This document shows positions 1 to 8,921 of a stretch of 64,000 bases of DNA, piece after piece. The stretch is from a virus (lineage: Duplodnaviria; Caudoviricetes): positions 1 through 64,000 of IMG/VR virus record IMGVR_UViG_3300010965_000001. The stretch is one strand, 5' to 3'. The translations under genes and the position numbers were made by a program. How positions within the stretch are numbered: position 1 is the first letter of the stretch; each line of letters opens with the position of its first letter. Below the pieces are notes generated by a model, which saw nothing but the letters and a program-made list of their open reading frames with translations, was not told where the DNA came from and did no database searches.

Positions 1-73
1 ATATTTGCAAGAGAATCATCAATCGCTTTTCCCAATTTCTCTAAATCAAGTGCCATTATTTCTTCTCCATCAT
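1..73. repeat. 73-bp direct repeat copy 1 (gene junction MMEKK*/MALDLEK)
   Basis: Identical to 513..585. Confidence 0.9.
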
Positions 74-250
74 ATCTGTATAGTCTTCCATTTCAAATGT
101 GTATATGTCCTCGTACGGAAATCGATTCCTCTCCCAAACAGTATAGCAACTCAATCCATAGTGAATCTTATATCGGTTGTTATACCACTTCCCACCGATG
201 AACTTTCTATACCACTTAAATCGAGAGAATATATCATCAATAATATTCAT
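56..250 (-). CDS. hypothetical protein
   Basis: ORF in minus-strand run; TAATG overlap with next gene; start moved to MNIIDD. Confidence 0.6.
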   Translation of the reverse strand: MNIIDDIFSRFKWYRKFIGGKWYNNRYKIHYGLSCYTVWERNRFPYEDIYTFEMEDYTDMMEKK

Positions 251-251
251 G

Positions 252-467
252 TTATTTTTCCTTCTTAGGTATGATTTCCAAGATGTATTCACGAAAAATA
301 TAAGGCCACTTCCCACTAGTTACAGTTACATACTCAAATCCACTATTTAAACCGATAGATGTAACGACACCACTTTTCTCTTTTGTATCATCACGGTCAA
401 TATATCTAACCTTATCTCCCGCTTTCCACCCGTGGGTTCTAAACTGTTTCTTCGTAATTGATTTCAT
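252..467 (-). CDS. hypothetical protein
   Basis: Packed minus-strand ORF. Confidence 0.6.
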   Translation of the reverse strand: MKSITKKQFRTHGWKAGDKVRYIDRDDTKEKSGVVTSIGLNSGFEYVTVTSGKWPYIFREYILEIIPKKEK

Positions 468-512
468 TTGGCATCCTTTCCCTTAGTCATACAAACACAT
501 TCACCGTCAGTG

Positions 513-585
513 ATATTTGCAAGAGAATCATCAATCGCTTTTCCCAATTTCTCTAAATCAAGTGCCATTATTTCTTCTCCATCAT
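513..585. repeat. 73-bp direct repeat copy 2
   Basis: Identical to 1..73. Confidence 0.9.
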
Positions 586-735
586 TGTGTTAAGCATCTT
601 AACTTGATTAGAAAGAATCTCAATCGTCTCCTGCAATATGGCAATATGCTCATTCTTCACTTTTATAACTTCCTGTGCGAGTGTCATATTCTCATCGGCG
701 GTTTTAAGCAATTCAACAATATCAACGTCTGTCAT
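568..735 (-). CDS. hypothetical coiled-coil protein (55 aa)
   Basis: Hand translation MTDVDIVELL...MMEKK; abuts neighbours. Confidence 0.55.
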   Translation of the reverse strand: MTDVDIVELLKTADENMTLAQEVIKVKNEHIAILQETIEILSNQVKMLNTMMEKK

Positions 736-923
736 AGTCCCAACCTTTCATTAATGATTTTCAATGCGTCTTCTCTTGAATTGGCTACAAACGGTCTAAC
801 CACTTCTTGAACAAACTCATTATCGTAGCAATCATCTGTGTAATCCTTTACATCACCAAACCATCGTTTTACTTGAACCTGTCCATTGGAATGTAAGTAA
901 CCCCACCACATTAAATCAGTCAT
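732..923 (-). CDS. hypothetical phage protein
   Basis: Packed ORF. Confidence 0.65.
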   Translation of the reverse strand: MTDLMWWGYLHSNGQVQVKRWFGDVKDYTDDCYDNEFVQEVVRPFVANSREDALKIINERLGL

Positions 924-944
924 AGTATTATCCTTTATTATGAA

Positions 945-1127
945 TTAAGCATACCATTTATCTACCTTTTCCCATTCATCACACACTTCACCGAAACCAA
1001 GTGAACGAAGTAAATCAAGGAGAACTTCATCAGCGGCGTGATGTGCCATCTCCGTATCACCATTCATCACACACATTTTAAGTTCATTTATTGCTATATT
1101 GTTAACTACCTTTTCCAAATCAGTCAT
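945..1127 (-). CDS. hypothetical phage protein
   Basis: Packed ORF. Confidence 0.65.
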   Translation of the reverse strand: MTDLEKVVNNIAINELKMCVMNGDTEMAHHAADEVLLDLLRSLGFGEVCDEWEKVDKWYA

Positions 1128-1405
1128 TGTCTTCTTCCCTTATTCTTAATTCATAATATCGCTGTACCATTTCTTCATATGCACGTTCTTCATACTCATG
1201 CCATGCTTGTTCGCAAATCTCACACAACTCAGGAGTATCATCTTCGGGAAATATTCCTTCAATTTCCATACCACATCCGTTACAATTTTTCATTTCTTCT
1301 CCATTAATTGATAATACGCGTTGATATAACTACCTATGACGTTGGAGTCAGCACCATAACACTCCCATACACATTTTTTTGGAAATATTTTTTTGAATGG
1401 ATTAC

Positions 1406-1663
1406 TCATTTAACACTCCGTTTCTTGTCAGAATCCTTATACTCAACCAACCGCATCGGAGCGTCGGGATATATAAAAACCATCCCCGACTCCCAATCAA
1501 ACCCACCGTCAATATTGTCAATTCTTACAGATTGCATTGCTCCAAATGTATTGGCAAGGTGTGTTTTAGCCTTTATTACAACTCTGTCACTGGGGTTTTC
1601 TTTCTTCAACAATTCCATCAACTGTTCGACTGTCATGTTCTCTCCTTTATTATATTGAATCAC
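1406..1663 (-). CDS. hypothetical protein
   Basis: ORF with GGAG RBS before MTVEQL. Confidence 0.6.
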   Translation of the reverse strand: MIQYNKGENMTVEQLMELLKKENPSDRVVIKAKTHLANTFGAMQSVRIDNIDGGFDWESGMVFIYPDAPMRLVEYKDSDKKRSVK

Positions 1664-1764
1664 GACATGATGTCGCGATAGATGTCGCGATTGAAGAGGG
1701 AAATAACTTCTCCATCAATTTGTTCAGGTGTTAACATGGTATATTCCTTTATTATTGTACATAT

Positions 1765-1793
1765 AATATACGAAGAATAAACGAGAAAGTCAA
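1765..1793 (-). promoter_or_regulatory. sigma70-like promoter without upstream box
   Basis: TTGACT-17-TATATT on minus strand. Confidence 0.75.
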
Positions 1794-1796
1794 GTT

Positions 1797-2039
1797 TTAC
1801 TGCGTGAGTCCGCAATTTTTTGGCACTAAATCAGCATATTTTACACTGTAATATCCGACATACGACTCAAAAATGACCATTTTATGTTTTCTAAAGGAAG
1901 TACATACGATGTATGGAATGAGTTTGCCTTTGTAACGGGTATAAATGGCATCCCCATCCTCCGAATTTGAGAGAATTTGGTATGAATGCGTGTAACCCTT
2001 ACCCTTCGCGTAGAGGCGAAATAATTCCTTGTTAGTCAT
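1797..2039 (-). CDS. hypothetical protein
   Basis: Start reassigned to MTNKELF; the upstream extension crosses non-coding GC island. Confidence 0.5.
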   Translation of the reverse strand: MTNKELFRLYAKGKGYTHSYQILSNSEDGDAIYTRYKGKLIPYIVCTSFRKHKMVIFESYVGYYSVKYADLVPKNCGLTQ

Positions 2040-2196
2040 TTTTTTATTTCCTAAAATTTTTTTAAAATGGGCAAAATTAACGCAAAAAGTATAGCAGAAA
2101 AACGAATAATGGCGGATATTAGGGCACACCCTGTATGGGTTACTCTTAAAAAGGCATCTCCAAGAGAAAAAAATTGTCACCGATATATGAAACAGT

Positions 2197-2272
2197 CGGG
2201 GCCGCACCCCGCCGGGGGGCGCCCCGCCCCCCTGTTGCCCCCGTGTGACCGCCCCCCTAGCCGCCCCCCGCC
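2197..2272 (-). other. GC-rich island with G-quadruplex-forming potential
   Basis: Six G-runs of 4-6 nt on the minus strand within 76 nt in AT-rich context. Confidence 0.6.
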
Positions 2273-2481
2273 TTCTGTGGGGTATATTGGATTCCTCCAC
2301 CGTGAGGTAACTTAACGATGAGTGTAACCTTGTGTGTCTCACAGCACTTGGTACATAAGACAGTCGTTGACCCACAGTTACCGTAGTTAATATTATATCC
2401 ACTGAATGCCACGTCACCACATACATCACAAGTGTAGTCCTCTTTAAAGTATTCCATTGTGTTCTTTCGTATTGTGAGTGA

Positions 2482-2766
2482 TTAGTCAATCAGTGCCATA
2501 TACGTATCCGCGTTGACCTTCAACATGAGATACTTGAGACGGTCGAAGTCACGGACTGCGGAGAAGGCTCCTGCTTCGTATTTCGAATACTGAATCATTA
2601 TCTGACGGTACAGTTCAACTTCGAACTCGTTTGCAGCAGCCATCCTGCCGAACCTGTTCGTGATTGTGTAATTCCGTGGGCCGTTGACATTGAAACCGTC
2701 AATGCCGTATTTGACCATGAGATTGATTTCGCCCTTGGTGAACGGTGCCTTTTTGGTAGTTTTCAT
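2482..2766 (-). CDS. hypothetical protein
   Basis: ORF with GGAG RBS downstream of promoter. Confidence 0.75.
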   Translation of the reverse strand: MKTTKKAPFTKGEINLMVKYGIDGFNVNGPRNYTITNRFGRMAAANEFEVELYRQIMIQYSKYEAGAFSAVRDFDRLKYLMLKVNADTYMALID

Positions 2767-2825
2767 ATTACTCCTTTATGAACGGATAGTGGGAAGTGGG
2801 ATTCTCCGTGTTATTTGATGTATAT

Positions 2826-2880
2826 AATATACAACCTTTTCCGCCCGAAAACAACGCCTTCTATGTTACGAAATTGTTAA
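2826..2880 (-). promoter_or_regulatory. promoter with degenerate TGTTAC-N5-TGTTA box
   Basis: TTGTTT-17-TATATT; box 2864-2880, 9 nt upstream of -35. Confidence 0.7.
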
Positions 2881-3074
2881 GGATTCTGCGCCTTTTCTAC
2901 CTCTTCTCTACTGAACAGCGTTGACGAATCGCACTGTTCCCAATACAAATCAGAAAGAGTGTCGAGTTCATGCTCCAACTTTTCTATTTTTTCGTTGTCG
3001 CCGTTGTCACGTACAAGGGAGAAGATTTTCACCCGAATTGCGAACATCCGTTTTTCAAATTCTTCAAGTGTCAT
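2877..3074 (-). CDS. hypothetical protein
   Basis: ORF downstream of promoter. Confidence 0.65.
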   Translation of the reverse strand: MTLEEFEKRMFAIRVKIFSLVRDNGDNEKIEKLEHELDTLSDLYWEQCDSSTLFSREEVEKAQNP

Positions 3075-3112
3075 TTTTAGTCCTTATTATCGGGGATGAT
3101 TGCCACGTATAT

Positions 3113-3168
3113 AAGATAGGGAAAAAAGAGGGAAAAGTCAACAGTTCCAATGTTACCAAATTGTTACC
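3113..3168 (-). promoter_or_regulatory. promoter with TGTTAC-N5-TGTTAC box
   Basis: TTGACT-17-TATCTT; box 3151-3168. Confidence 0.85.
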
Positions 3169-3463
3169 GAATGCGCTGGAAGTCGTTCATTGCTTCCTTG
3201 TAACCGTCACGCGTACATTTGCGGCGTTCAAGACGGTCACGTAACATATCATACCGTTTGCTGTCGAAATCCATCTCTTTCGCCATCTCCTGCGCCATTT
3301 CCGCCTCGATTTCATCCACCATTTTGGCGTAAAATGCTAAGGATTCTCCCATGAATTTCAAAACTTTGAGGCGGGAAACTGTGTATTTTGACATTCTATT
3401 CCTTTGGTCGAAATGACCGATTGTGAGAGGGTGTTCCGTCATCAACGTGTAATAATATAACAA
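3164..3463 (-). CDS. hypothetical coiled-coil protein (true start likely MSKYTV)
   Basis: ORF downstream of promoter at 3454-3513. Confidence 0.6.
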   Translation of the reverse strand: MLYYYTLMTEHPLTIGHFDQRNRMSKYTVSRLKVLKFMGESLAFYAKMVDEIEAEMAQEMAKEMDFDSKRYDMLRDRLERRKCTRDGYKEAMNDFQRIR

Positions 3464-3513
3464 TTCCAGCCCTCAAAGTCAAGAGCTGGAATGTTATGTA
3501 ATTGTTACCAAAT
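3454..3513 (-). promoter_or_regulatory. promoter with degenerate box
   Basis: TTGACT-17-TATATT; TGTTATGTAATTGTTACC at 3492-3509. Confidence 0.75.
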
Positions 3514-3524
3514 CTCGGTCAAAA

Positions 3525-3923
3525 TTACCGAGAGGTGTTCAGCTTGATCGCCGTCACAATGTCCGTGAGCAACTGCGGAATCTCCGAAGGGGAGATGCTC
3601 TCATCGTTGGCGAGGATGAGTGCCATTTCCTTGAGGAAGTCCTCATTGGCGTTCGTGTCGTTGTAGTGCTCGTTCTCATCCTCATCACAGGTGCATCCAT
3701 CGGCATCTTCAAGGGACTCAAGCGTGTCGGTGAGTTCCTCAATTTCACTCTCCATCGTTTCCGCCAGCGCTTCCAACTCGGAGTTACGTTCCTGGAGATT
3801 GCTCACCTCAACCTGCAGGTCGCTGATGGACTTTGCCGCGATGTTGAGCAGGTCTGCGGAGCGGAGGATGTTGGTCTTGAGCGTTTCGTTTTCTGTGAGA
3901 ATTGCAAAAATATTGGTATTCAT
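3525..3923 (-). CDS. acidic coiled-coil hypothetical protein
   Basis: 132 aa, heptad pattern, acidic. Confidence 0.7.
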   Translation of the reverse strand: MNTNIFAILTENETLKTNILRSADLLNIAAKSISDLQVEVSNLQERNSELEALAETMESEIEELTDTLESLEDADGCTCDEDENEHYNDTNANEDFLKEMALILANDESISPSEIPQLLTDIVTAIKLNTSR

Positions 3924-4048
3924 ATGAGTATTTCCTTATAATAGTGAGAGTGTTTGTTAAATAAATTTACATTTGGGGCTGTTGTATATCCAATTATCTT
4001 CATTCAGTTGCCGATTGAGGTGTTTCAATAGGTCACGCAGTTTGCGTA

Positions 4049-4507
4049 TTATTTACGTTTACCTTTCGCTTTCGCTTTCGCTTTGTTAATTTCACCGACA
4101 ATGTTCGACAACTGCTTGATTAATACCGATTCACGTTCCCTTTCCCATTCTTTACAGTCCGCCACCATACTCTTGTAGTCTGCGTCAGACGTAGATACAG
4201 AGGCGAAATGTACCTTCATCGCCTGTGCCACTCTCGCCACGCCTAACTGCCCAACAAGGCGGTCGTTCTTCATCACTTCGGTAAGGTGTAACTTTACTAC
4301 ATCATCGAACCCAAGATTGAGGGATGCTGCAATTACAGCGAGGTTCGTTTTGAGTTCGTCCAAATGTTCCTCCACCTGTTCGTTGATATGTGAATCGTTC
4401 TGACGGCGGTTGTATGCCTTAGAGGTGCTGTCGGACACTCGCTCTAACAATCTCCGATGCGGTTCGTAAGCCATACAACCTCCGTTTAAGTGTTTAATAA
4501 TATACAA
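4049..4507 (-). CDS. hypothetical protein (true start likely MAYEPH)
   Basis: ORF with GGAGG RBS, downstream of TTGACT-17-TATATT at 4499-4527. Confidence 0.7.
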   Translation of the reverse strand: MYIIKHLNGGCMAYEPHRRLLERVSDSTSKAYNRRQNDSHINEQVEEHLDELKTNLAVIAASLNLGFDDVVKLHLTEVMKNDRLVGQLGVARVAQAMKVHFASVSTSDADYKSMVADCKEWERERESVLIKQLSNIVGEINKAKAKAKGKRK

Positions 4508-4567
4508 ACAATTTCCTTAAAAGTCAACGCCTTACTTCAACTTTTTCACCAATTCTTTAATTTCATA

Positions 4568-4885
4568 TCAATCTCCAATTCCGTAAGATAATGACCAAGT
4601 GATTGTTTTTTCGATTTCGTTGATATTCTCGATATGAACGGAACAGGCTCCCCACGATGAACCAGCAATCGAACCACGGTGAGCGAAGCGTTTGCTAAGT
4701 GCTTCCCACATCCTACCACGGTCTGCCTTTCCCGTATACGGTGCGGTGTACTCCGTAACATCAGACCATGCTTCCTGCCTCAACTTGCCAGCGGTCACTT
4801 CTTTAATCTTGATGGCTGTCCGTTCCTGCACTTCCATCATTTTACGGTAAGGTTCAAGGATTGCTTTGTCGAAGTCTAACGCCAT
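4568..4885 (-). CDS. hypothetical protein
   Basis: ORF with GGAG RBS downstream of promoter. Confidence 0.75.
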   Translation of the reverse strand: MALDFDKAILEPYRKMMEVQERTAIKIKEVTAGKLRQEAWSDVTEYTAPYTGKADRGRMWEALSKRFAHRGSIAGSSWGACSVHIENINEIEKTITWSLSYGIGD

Positions 4886-4911
4886 TGGTATTCTCCGTCT
4901 GTGATGTATAT

Positions 4912-4958
4912 AAGATACAGAGATTTCAGCCCAAAGTCAATGGTTCCAATGTTACCAA
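4912..4958 (-). promoter_or_regulatory. promoter with half TGTTACC box
   Basis: TTGACT-17-TATCTT; TGTTACCAA at 4950-4958. Confidence 0.75.
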
Positions 4959-5273
4959 GTAGTTGGATGGACTCATACCACCATCTCTCCATTTTGGGAA
5001 GCGTTCTGCTATTGAACTACGGTACGGACGGCAGTGTACAGCCGTAATCTCTTCGTGAAGGTCGGCATTCTCCTTAATGAGCACTGCCACGCGCTCACTC
5101 ATATGACGGTTGGTGAGAACGAGCTGGTTGTTCTCCTGTTTAACCTTCGTCAGTTCCGCGTTGAGATTGGAGTTGGTCGTTGCAAGCCCTCTCAACTGCA
5201 TGGCGAGTGAATCGTTGTTCTTCATTGCGAGTTTAAGCTGGTTGGAAAGTGCTTCGATGATTTCGCTTACCAT
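4926..5273 (-). CDS. coiled-coil hypothetical protein
   Basis: Heptad pattern; promoter at 5323-5351. Confidence 0.7.
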   Translation of the reverse strand: MVSEIIEALSNQLKLAMKNNDSLAMQLRGLATTNSNLNAELTKVKQENNQLVLTNRHMSERVAVLIKENADLHEEITAVHCRPYRSSIAERFPKWRDGGMSPSNYLVTLEPLTLG

Positions 5274-5347
5274 ATGTGTGTATCCCTTTATGTGAGTGAG
5301 TATAGCGTTGTTTGATGTGTATAATGTACGAAGAATATTTTAAAAAG

Positions 5348-5713
5348 TCAAGAGTTATTTTTAACAATCTTTTCTGCTCTGGCACGGATGTTAAAATCTG
5401 CACCCATGATGAACACCCATGCAATTGCCGTGAACCACCATCCCCACATTGCAAGTGCCATGATGAACACCGTATACTGAACCTTGTCCATCCATTCTGG
5501 GAGATGCTTTCCATCGAGATAACTCTGTACCACTCTCAGTGATGCTTCCTCATTCGCCGCCGCAATCACATACGAAACTGCCAAGAACCATGATGCGAAG
5601 ATGAACACATTGCCAGCCATCTCACTGTTCAATACAAGTGCCATGTAGAGCACCCACATGAACATTCCCGTGAGTATAAAGTTTTTCAGATATTCCATGA
5701 ATGTAGTTTTCAT
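5348..5713 (-). CDS. hypothetical membrane protein
   Basis: Three to four hydrophobic segments. Confidence 0.7.
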   Translation of the reverse strand: MKTTFMEYLKNFILTGMFMWVLYMALVLNSEMAGNVFIFASWFLAVSYVIAAANEEASLRVVQSYLDGKHLPEWMDKVQYTVFIMALAMWGWWFTAIAWVFIMGADFNIRARAEKIVKNNS

Positions 5714-6110
5714 TTGTTTTCCTTTAATGTTAGAGAATGAATTTATTTCTTGGGGAGTGATGCTTGGTCTGGCTGTTATAAATCCAGTTATCCTCGTTCA
5801 ACTGTCTCTTGAAGTGGATTATCATTTCGGTGAACCATCGTTTCATTTCAATTTCTCCGGCTTAGTTCCAATGAATGCTCTGATAATGAATTTGGTCTTA
5901 TCCTCTCCATGTGCTACTGCCGTTTCGAATCGTGCTTCACCCACCACGAGTTCAACTTCTAAGTGGTCGGGGAAGGAACCGATTGTCTTTTTAAGTTCAC
6001 CGAGTGTCATTTTTTCATCCTATTGAAAAATCCAACCATTCCAAAAAATATGACTAATGTTGCCACGACTGTACCGATTGCTGACCACGTTATATCAAAT
6101 GAAAATTGCA

Positions 6111-6326
6111 TCACATATACTCCTTCCGATAATTTTCAAGCTGGTCGGGATGATGAATCTCTAACCATTCTTCCACATCATCGTCGAACCAGTCTGCCGC
6201 GACAAACAAGTTAGGAGCATCAACTATGTAATCAGTGACGAGTGCTTGAACGTATTTGGGTTGTCCTTCAAGGTAGTCCATAACTTCCTTTCCTTGCTTT
6301 GACATCTCTTTGATTGTCAGATTCAT
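6111..6326 (-). CDS. hypothetical protein
   Basis: Packed ORF. Confidence 0.6.
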   Translation of the reverse strand: MNLTIKEMSKQGKEVMDYLEGQPKYVQALVTDYIVDAPNLFVAADWFDDDVEEWLEIHHPDQLENYRKEYM

Positions 6327-6517
6327 CGTTTATCCCCATCGAGTAAGTTTTTTGCCCATCTCTCACTTCGTCTCGACAACCAATATGCTCCACCGATTAC
6401 CACTACTGATGTTACAGCAGAAGCACACAACACTACTAGAAAATCAATCATTCTTTCTCCCAGTGAATAATTTCTCTGATTCCACCAAACACGATGAGAA
6501 GAAGTCAGCCCATTCTC

Positions 6518-6703
6518 TCATTTTATATTCTCCCATGTACGTGTACTATCGGCATGAGTGACCAACTTCACCTTAGCATTTCCCGTCAGTGCATCGATTT
6601 GTCCATCTCTGTATGACGGTAAAAATGAATCAATGACGAATATTACTAGCATTCCAACTATCCACCCAAGAAAAAATGCATCAGCACGATTAACATATTT
6701 CAT
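6518..6703 (-). CDS. small membrane protein
   Basis: One N-terminal TM segment. Confidence 0.6.
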   Translation of the reverse strand: MKYVNRADAFFLGWIVGMLVIFVIDSFLPSYRDGQIDALTGNAKVKLVTHADSTRTWENIK

Positions 6704-6996
6704 TTCGTCACTTCTTCCAACACCTTCAAACCCTTGTCAGTGATTGACCAAACAACGTTCCTGCCGATTCGTGTCGTTTCAACGAATCCTTTATACCGTG
6801 CCATCGTAAACAGGTACGAACCCCATGAACGGTTGCCTGTGTTCTTAACGAAACACTCCTTGAGAATTTCCTCTTTCCGCCTCGGACCGTTGTTCCACAG
6901 ATACGACAAGAGACGAATCAATCTCGACTTCACGTTCGTCACCGATTTGTTGAGATTCAGACCGTTCCACACCTTACTGCGATGTCCGATTTTCAT
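6700..6996 (-). CDS. possible winged-helix DNA-binding protein
   Basis: Basic; C-terminal helix plus hairpin (KGFVETTRIGRNVVWSITDKGLKVL) resembles a wHTH wing. Confidence 0.45.
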   Translation of the reverse strand: MKIGHRSKVWNGLNLNKSVTNVKSRLIRLLSYLWNNGPRRKEEILKECFVKNTGNRSWGSYLFTMARYKGFVETTRIGRNVVWSITDKGLKVLEEVTK

Positions 6997-7056
6997 TTGA
7001 TATTCTCCGTTTGTGATGTCTCTACTGTTTGGTCGATGTCAAATCATCATGTATTA

Positions 7057-7116
7057 AAGATACACAATCCCCGCCCCAAAGTCAACAGGGCGGGTGTTAC
7101 CAAATTGTTATCAAAT
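7057..7116 (-). promoter_or_regulatory. promoter with TGTTAC box
   Basis: TTGACT-17-TATCTT; box 7095-7116. Confidence 0.85.
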
Positions 7117-7791
7117 GACGAATCCGCTTGTCTTGTCTTTCCGTGCCTTGCCCTTCGCCTTCAGCCCAACAACAACACCGTGCTCATCACCGAAACGCAA
7201 ATCCGACAAATCTCCGTTCACAACTTTGTAACCATTCCATTCGGTGGGGATGGTGTGAAACACTGCGGCGACATTCCCGCCATTCTCCAGCACGTGCGCG
7301 ACGGCCTTGTCGTTATCACCTGTGCGCGAAAAGGTCAAATGATAATTCTTCGGCATCTCGCCCGCCAAGAATAACATCATGCGCGGGTAACTCTTGGTGT
7401 AATCGTAAAACTGAATTTCGGGGAAGGACTGCATAACGGAGAAATATTCCCAAGGGATGTCGGACGTGCCGTTCAAACGGACACAGGGAGTCATGCTAGC
7501 CTTTACAGCCTTTTTCGTAAGTGCCACGATGTCCTTGCTCAACTGCTCAAAAAATCCTGCTTGGTCTTTGCCGAAGAACACCGTCTTAGCGATACGTGCG
7601 TTGCGGACATTGGAGAATGTTCCACGTCCTGCCGTAAACAGACATGCGGCGATACATGAAGGGGTTGCGTTCGCGCAGGTGTTCATCACACCCGATTCCT
7701 TATGCGGAGCCAAATACAAGATGCCTGTCATGTAGCCCAACTTCTCACCTTTGACCGTCTTTGCGTCTGAACCTACTGAGAGTAATTTCAA
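7111..7791 (-). CDS. GP88-like Cys-cluster (radical-SAM-like) phage protein
   Basis: C-x6-C-x3-C (CANATPSCIAAC), VRLNGTSD, FYDYTK; TTG start with GGAG RBS. Confidence 0.6.
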   Translation of the reverse strand: MKLLSVGSDAKTVKGEKLGYMTGILYLAPHKESGVMNTCANATPSCIAACLFTAGRGTFSNVRNARIAKTVFFGKDQAGFFEQLSKDIVALTKKAVKASMTPCVRLNGTSDIPWEYFSVMQSFPEIQFYDYTKSYPRMMLFLAGEMPKNYHLTFSRTGDNDKAVAHVLENGGNVAAVFHTIPTEWNGYKVVNGDLSDLRFGDEHGVVVGLKAKGKARKDKTSGFVI

Positions 7792-7825
7792 GGGATGCTC
7801 CGTATTAGTGTGATTTGATGTATAT

Positions 7826-7880
7826 AAGATACGAAGATAATAGGGGAAAGTCAATAGGGGAATGTTACCAAATTGTTAAC
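7826..7880 (-). promoter_or_regulatory. promoter with TGTTAC box
   Basis: TTGACT-17-TATCTT; box 7863-7880 (8-nt gap). Confidence 0.85.
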
Positions 7881-7911
7881 AAAAAACGGTGATTTTTGCT
7901 CAGAATCACCG
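7881..7911 (-). terminator. intrinsic terminator after tRNA-like gene
   Basis: CGGTGATT/AATCACCG stem followed by T6. Confidence 0.75.
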
Positions 7912-7931
7912 AAACTGATGTAGATAAAGGC

Positions 7932-8061
7932 TGGCTCGTAAGGGACTCAAACCCTTGTCTCTCAAATTCACCTTCACAAGTCGCGTACTTGCAAATGTCC
8001 GACAAGTCGCGCAACCCGCCAATAAAGAATATGAGTATCCTTCCCGTTAGACCAACAAGCC
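7932..8061 (-). tRNA. tRNA-like RNA with about 57-nt structured insertion at the anticodon loop; identity undetermined
   Basis: Acceptor GGCTTGT/ACGAGCC+A; D arm GTCT..GGAT; T arm AAGGG-TTTGAGT-CCCTT; long anticodon arm. Confidence 0.65.
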
Positions 8062-8254
8062 GTGGAAATAAGGTCTATCGGCGTTACACATTAACGTCAA
8101 TCGCCGACTTTTTGACGTACTACAGTAGTGGTTTAGATTTAAGTGAACCACGTTCTCACTGTTTACAGATAATTAGGCGGATTCAATTTATCGTCATATC
8201 CGCCAAAAGACTTGTTTCACGGTTTAGATTATAGACATGGCCGCCAAATGTCTA
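8062..8254 (-). ncRNA. structured non-coding RNA with tandem H-type pseudoknots
   Basis: ACGTCAA/TTGACGT with TCGGCG/CGCCGA; AGTGA/TCACT with GTGGT/ACCAC; two further hairpins. Confidence 0.5.
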
Positions 8255-8258
8255 AGAT

Positions 8259-8447
8259 TTACATCTTCATTAACTTCCTATGGAGTGCGTTCAATTCTTT
8301 TTCTCTTTTACGTATCAGCATTTTATCTGTAGCATGTTGTATTTCAAGTCGTTCAAGTTTTGCATTGAGGCGTTTGATTTGTTTCTCACGCAGGTCAATT
8401 ACTCCCTGCATTACTTCAAATTTATCTTTGTCAGTAGCCATCGTCAT
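8259..8447 (-). CDS. small coiled-coil protein
   Basis: ORF. Confidence 0.55.
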   Translation of the reverse strand: MTMATDKDKFEVMQGVIDLREKQIKRLNAKLERLEIQHATDKMLIRKREKELNALHRKLMKM

Positions 8448-8921
8448 CCTCTGAATCGTGAACGAATAGTCCCTGCCGAATTTCGAACAGGTCTTGCTCC
8501 CACTTCTTAGCCAACTTCTTAGCCTGTGCTTCAGCCTTCTTCAATTCCTTCGGCGTAGGTTCATCTGCCGCCGGTTTCTTATGTCTGCCCATCGGCGCCC
8601 TCCATCAACTTGTTTTTCCAATTTTTATCCTTGACAGGCTTGAGCAACCCCTTCTTGTATGAAGTCTTATTATTCTGCTTCTTGAGATGTTTCTGCTCAC
8701 GTGCCTGTCGCTCATCATGCGTTTCCATTATTTTCTCATCTCCGTAATTGCGTCAGTGAACTGCGTGAAAAAATTGAGAATTTCGGGGTCTACCGTATGG
8801 TCAAGTATTCATGCTTCTATCAACGTCTTACGTGCCTCACGTTTGTCTGCGGGTGAAGCGGTGTTGTAATCAACTGAACCTTTGAGAAGATTGAGTACTG
8901 CAGTTTCCATAGGGCCACGTT

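Noticed and set aside
1797-2489. 230-aa ORF and the opposite-strand 2067..2315 ORF
   Set aside because: Both read through the GC island, giving low-complexity G/P/R text; only 1797..2039 is plausible.
7905-7925. Hammerhead ribozyme core (GAAAC/CTGATG)
   Set aside because: The order and flanking helices do not fit, and the CUGAUGA core is incomplete.
7960-8035. Canonical archaeal-type BHB intron or group I intron
   Set aside because: One bulge is 4 nt, splicing would leave a 9-bp anticodon stem with U at position 37, and the insert is far too short for group I.
7932-8254. Canonical tmRNA
   Set aside because: The acceptor has C3-G70 rather than G3-U70, a D stem is present, the pseudoknots lie outside the tRNA-like domain, and no ALAA-type tag was found.
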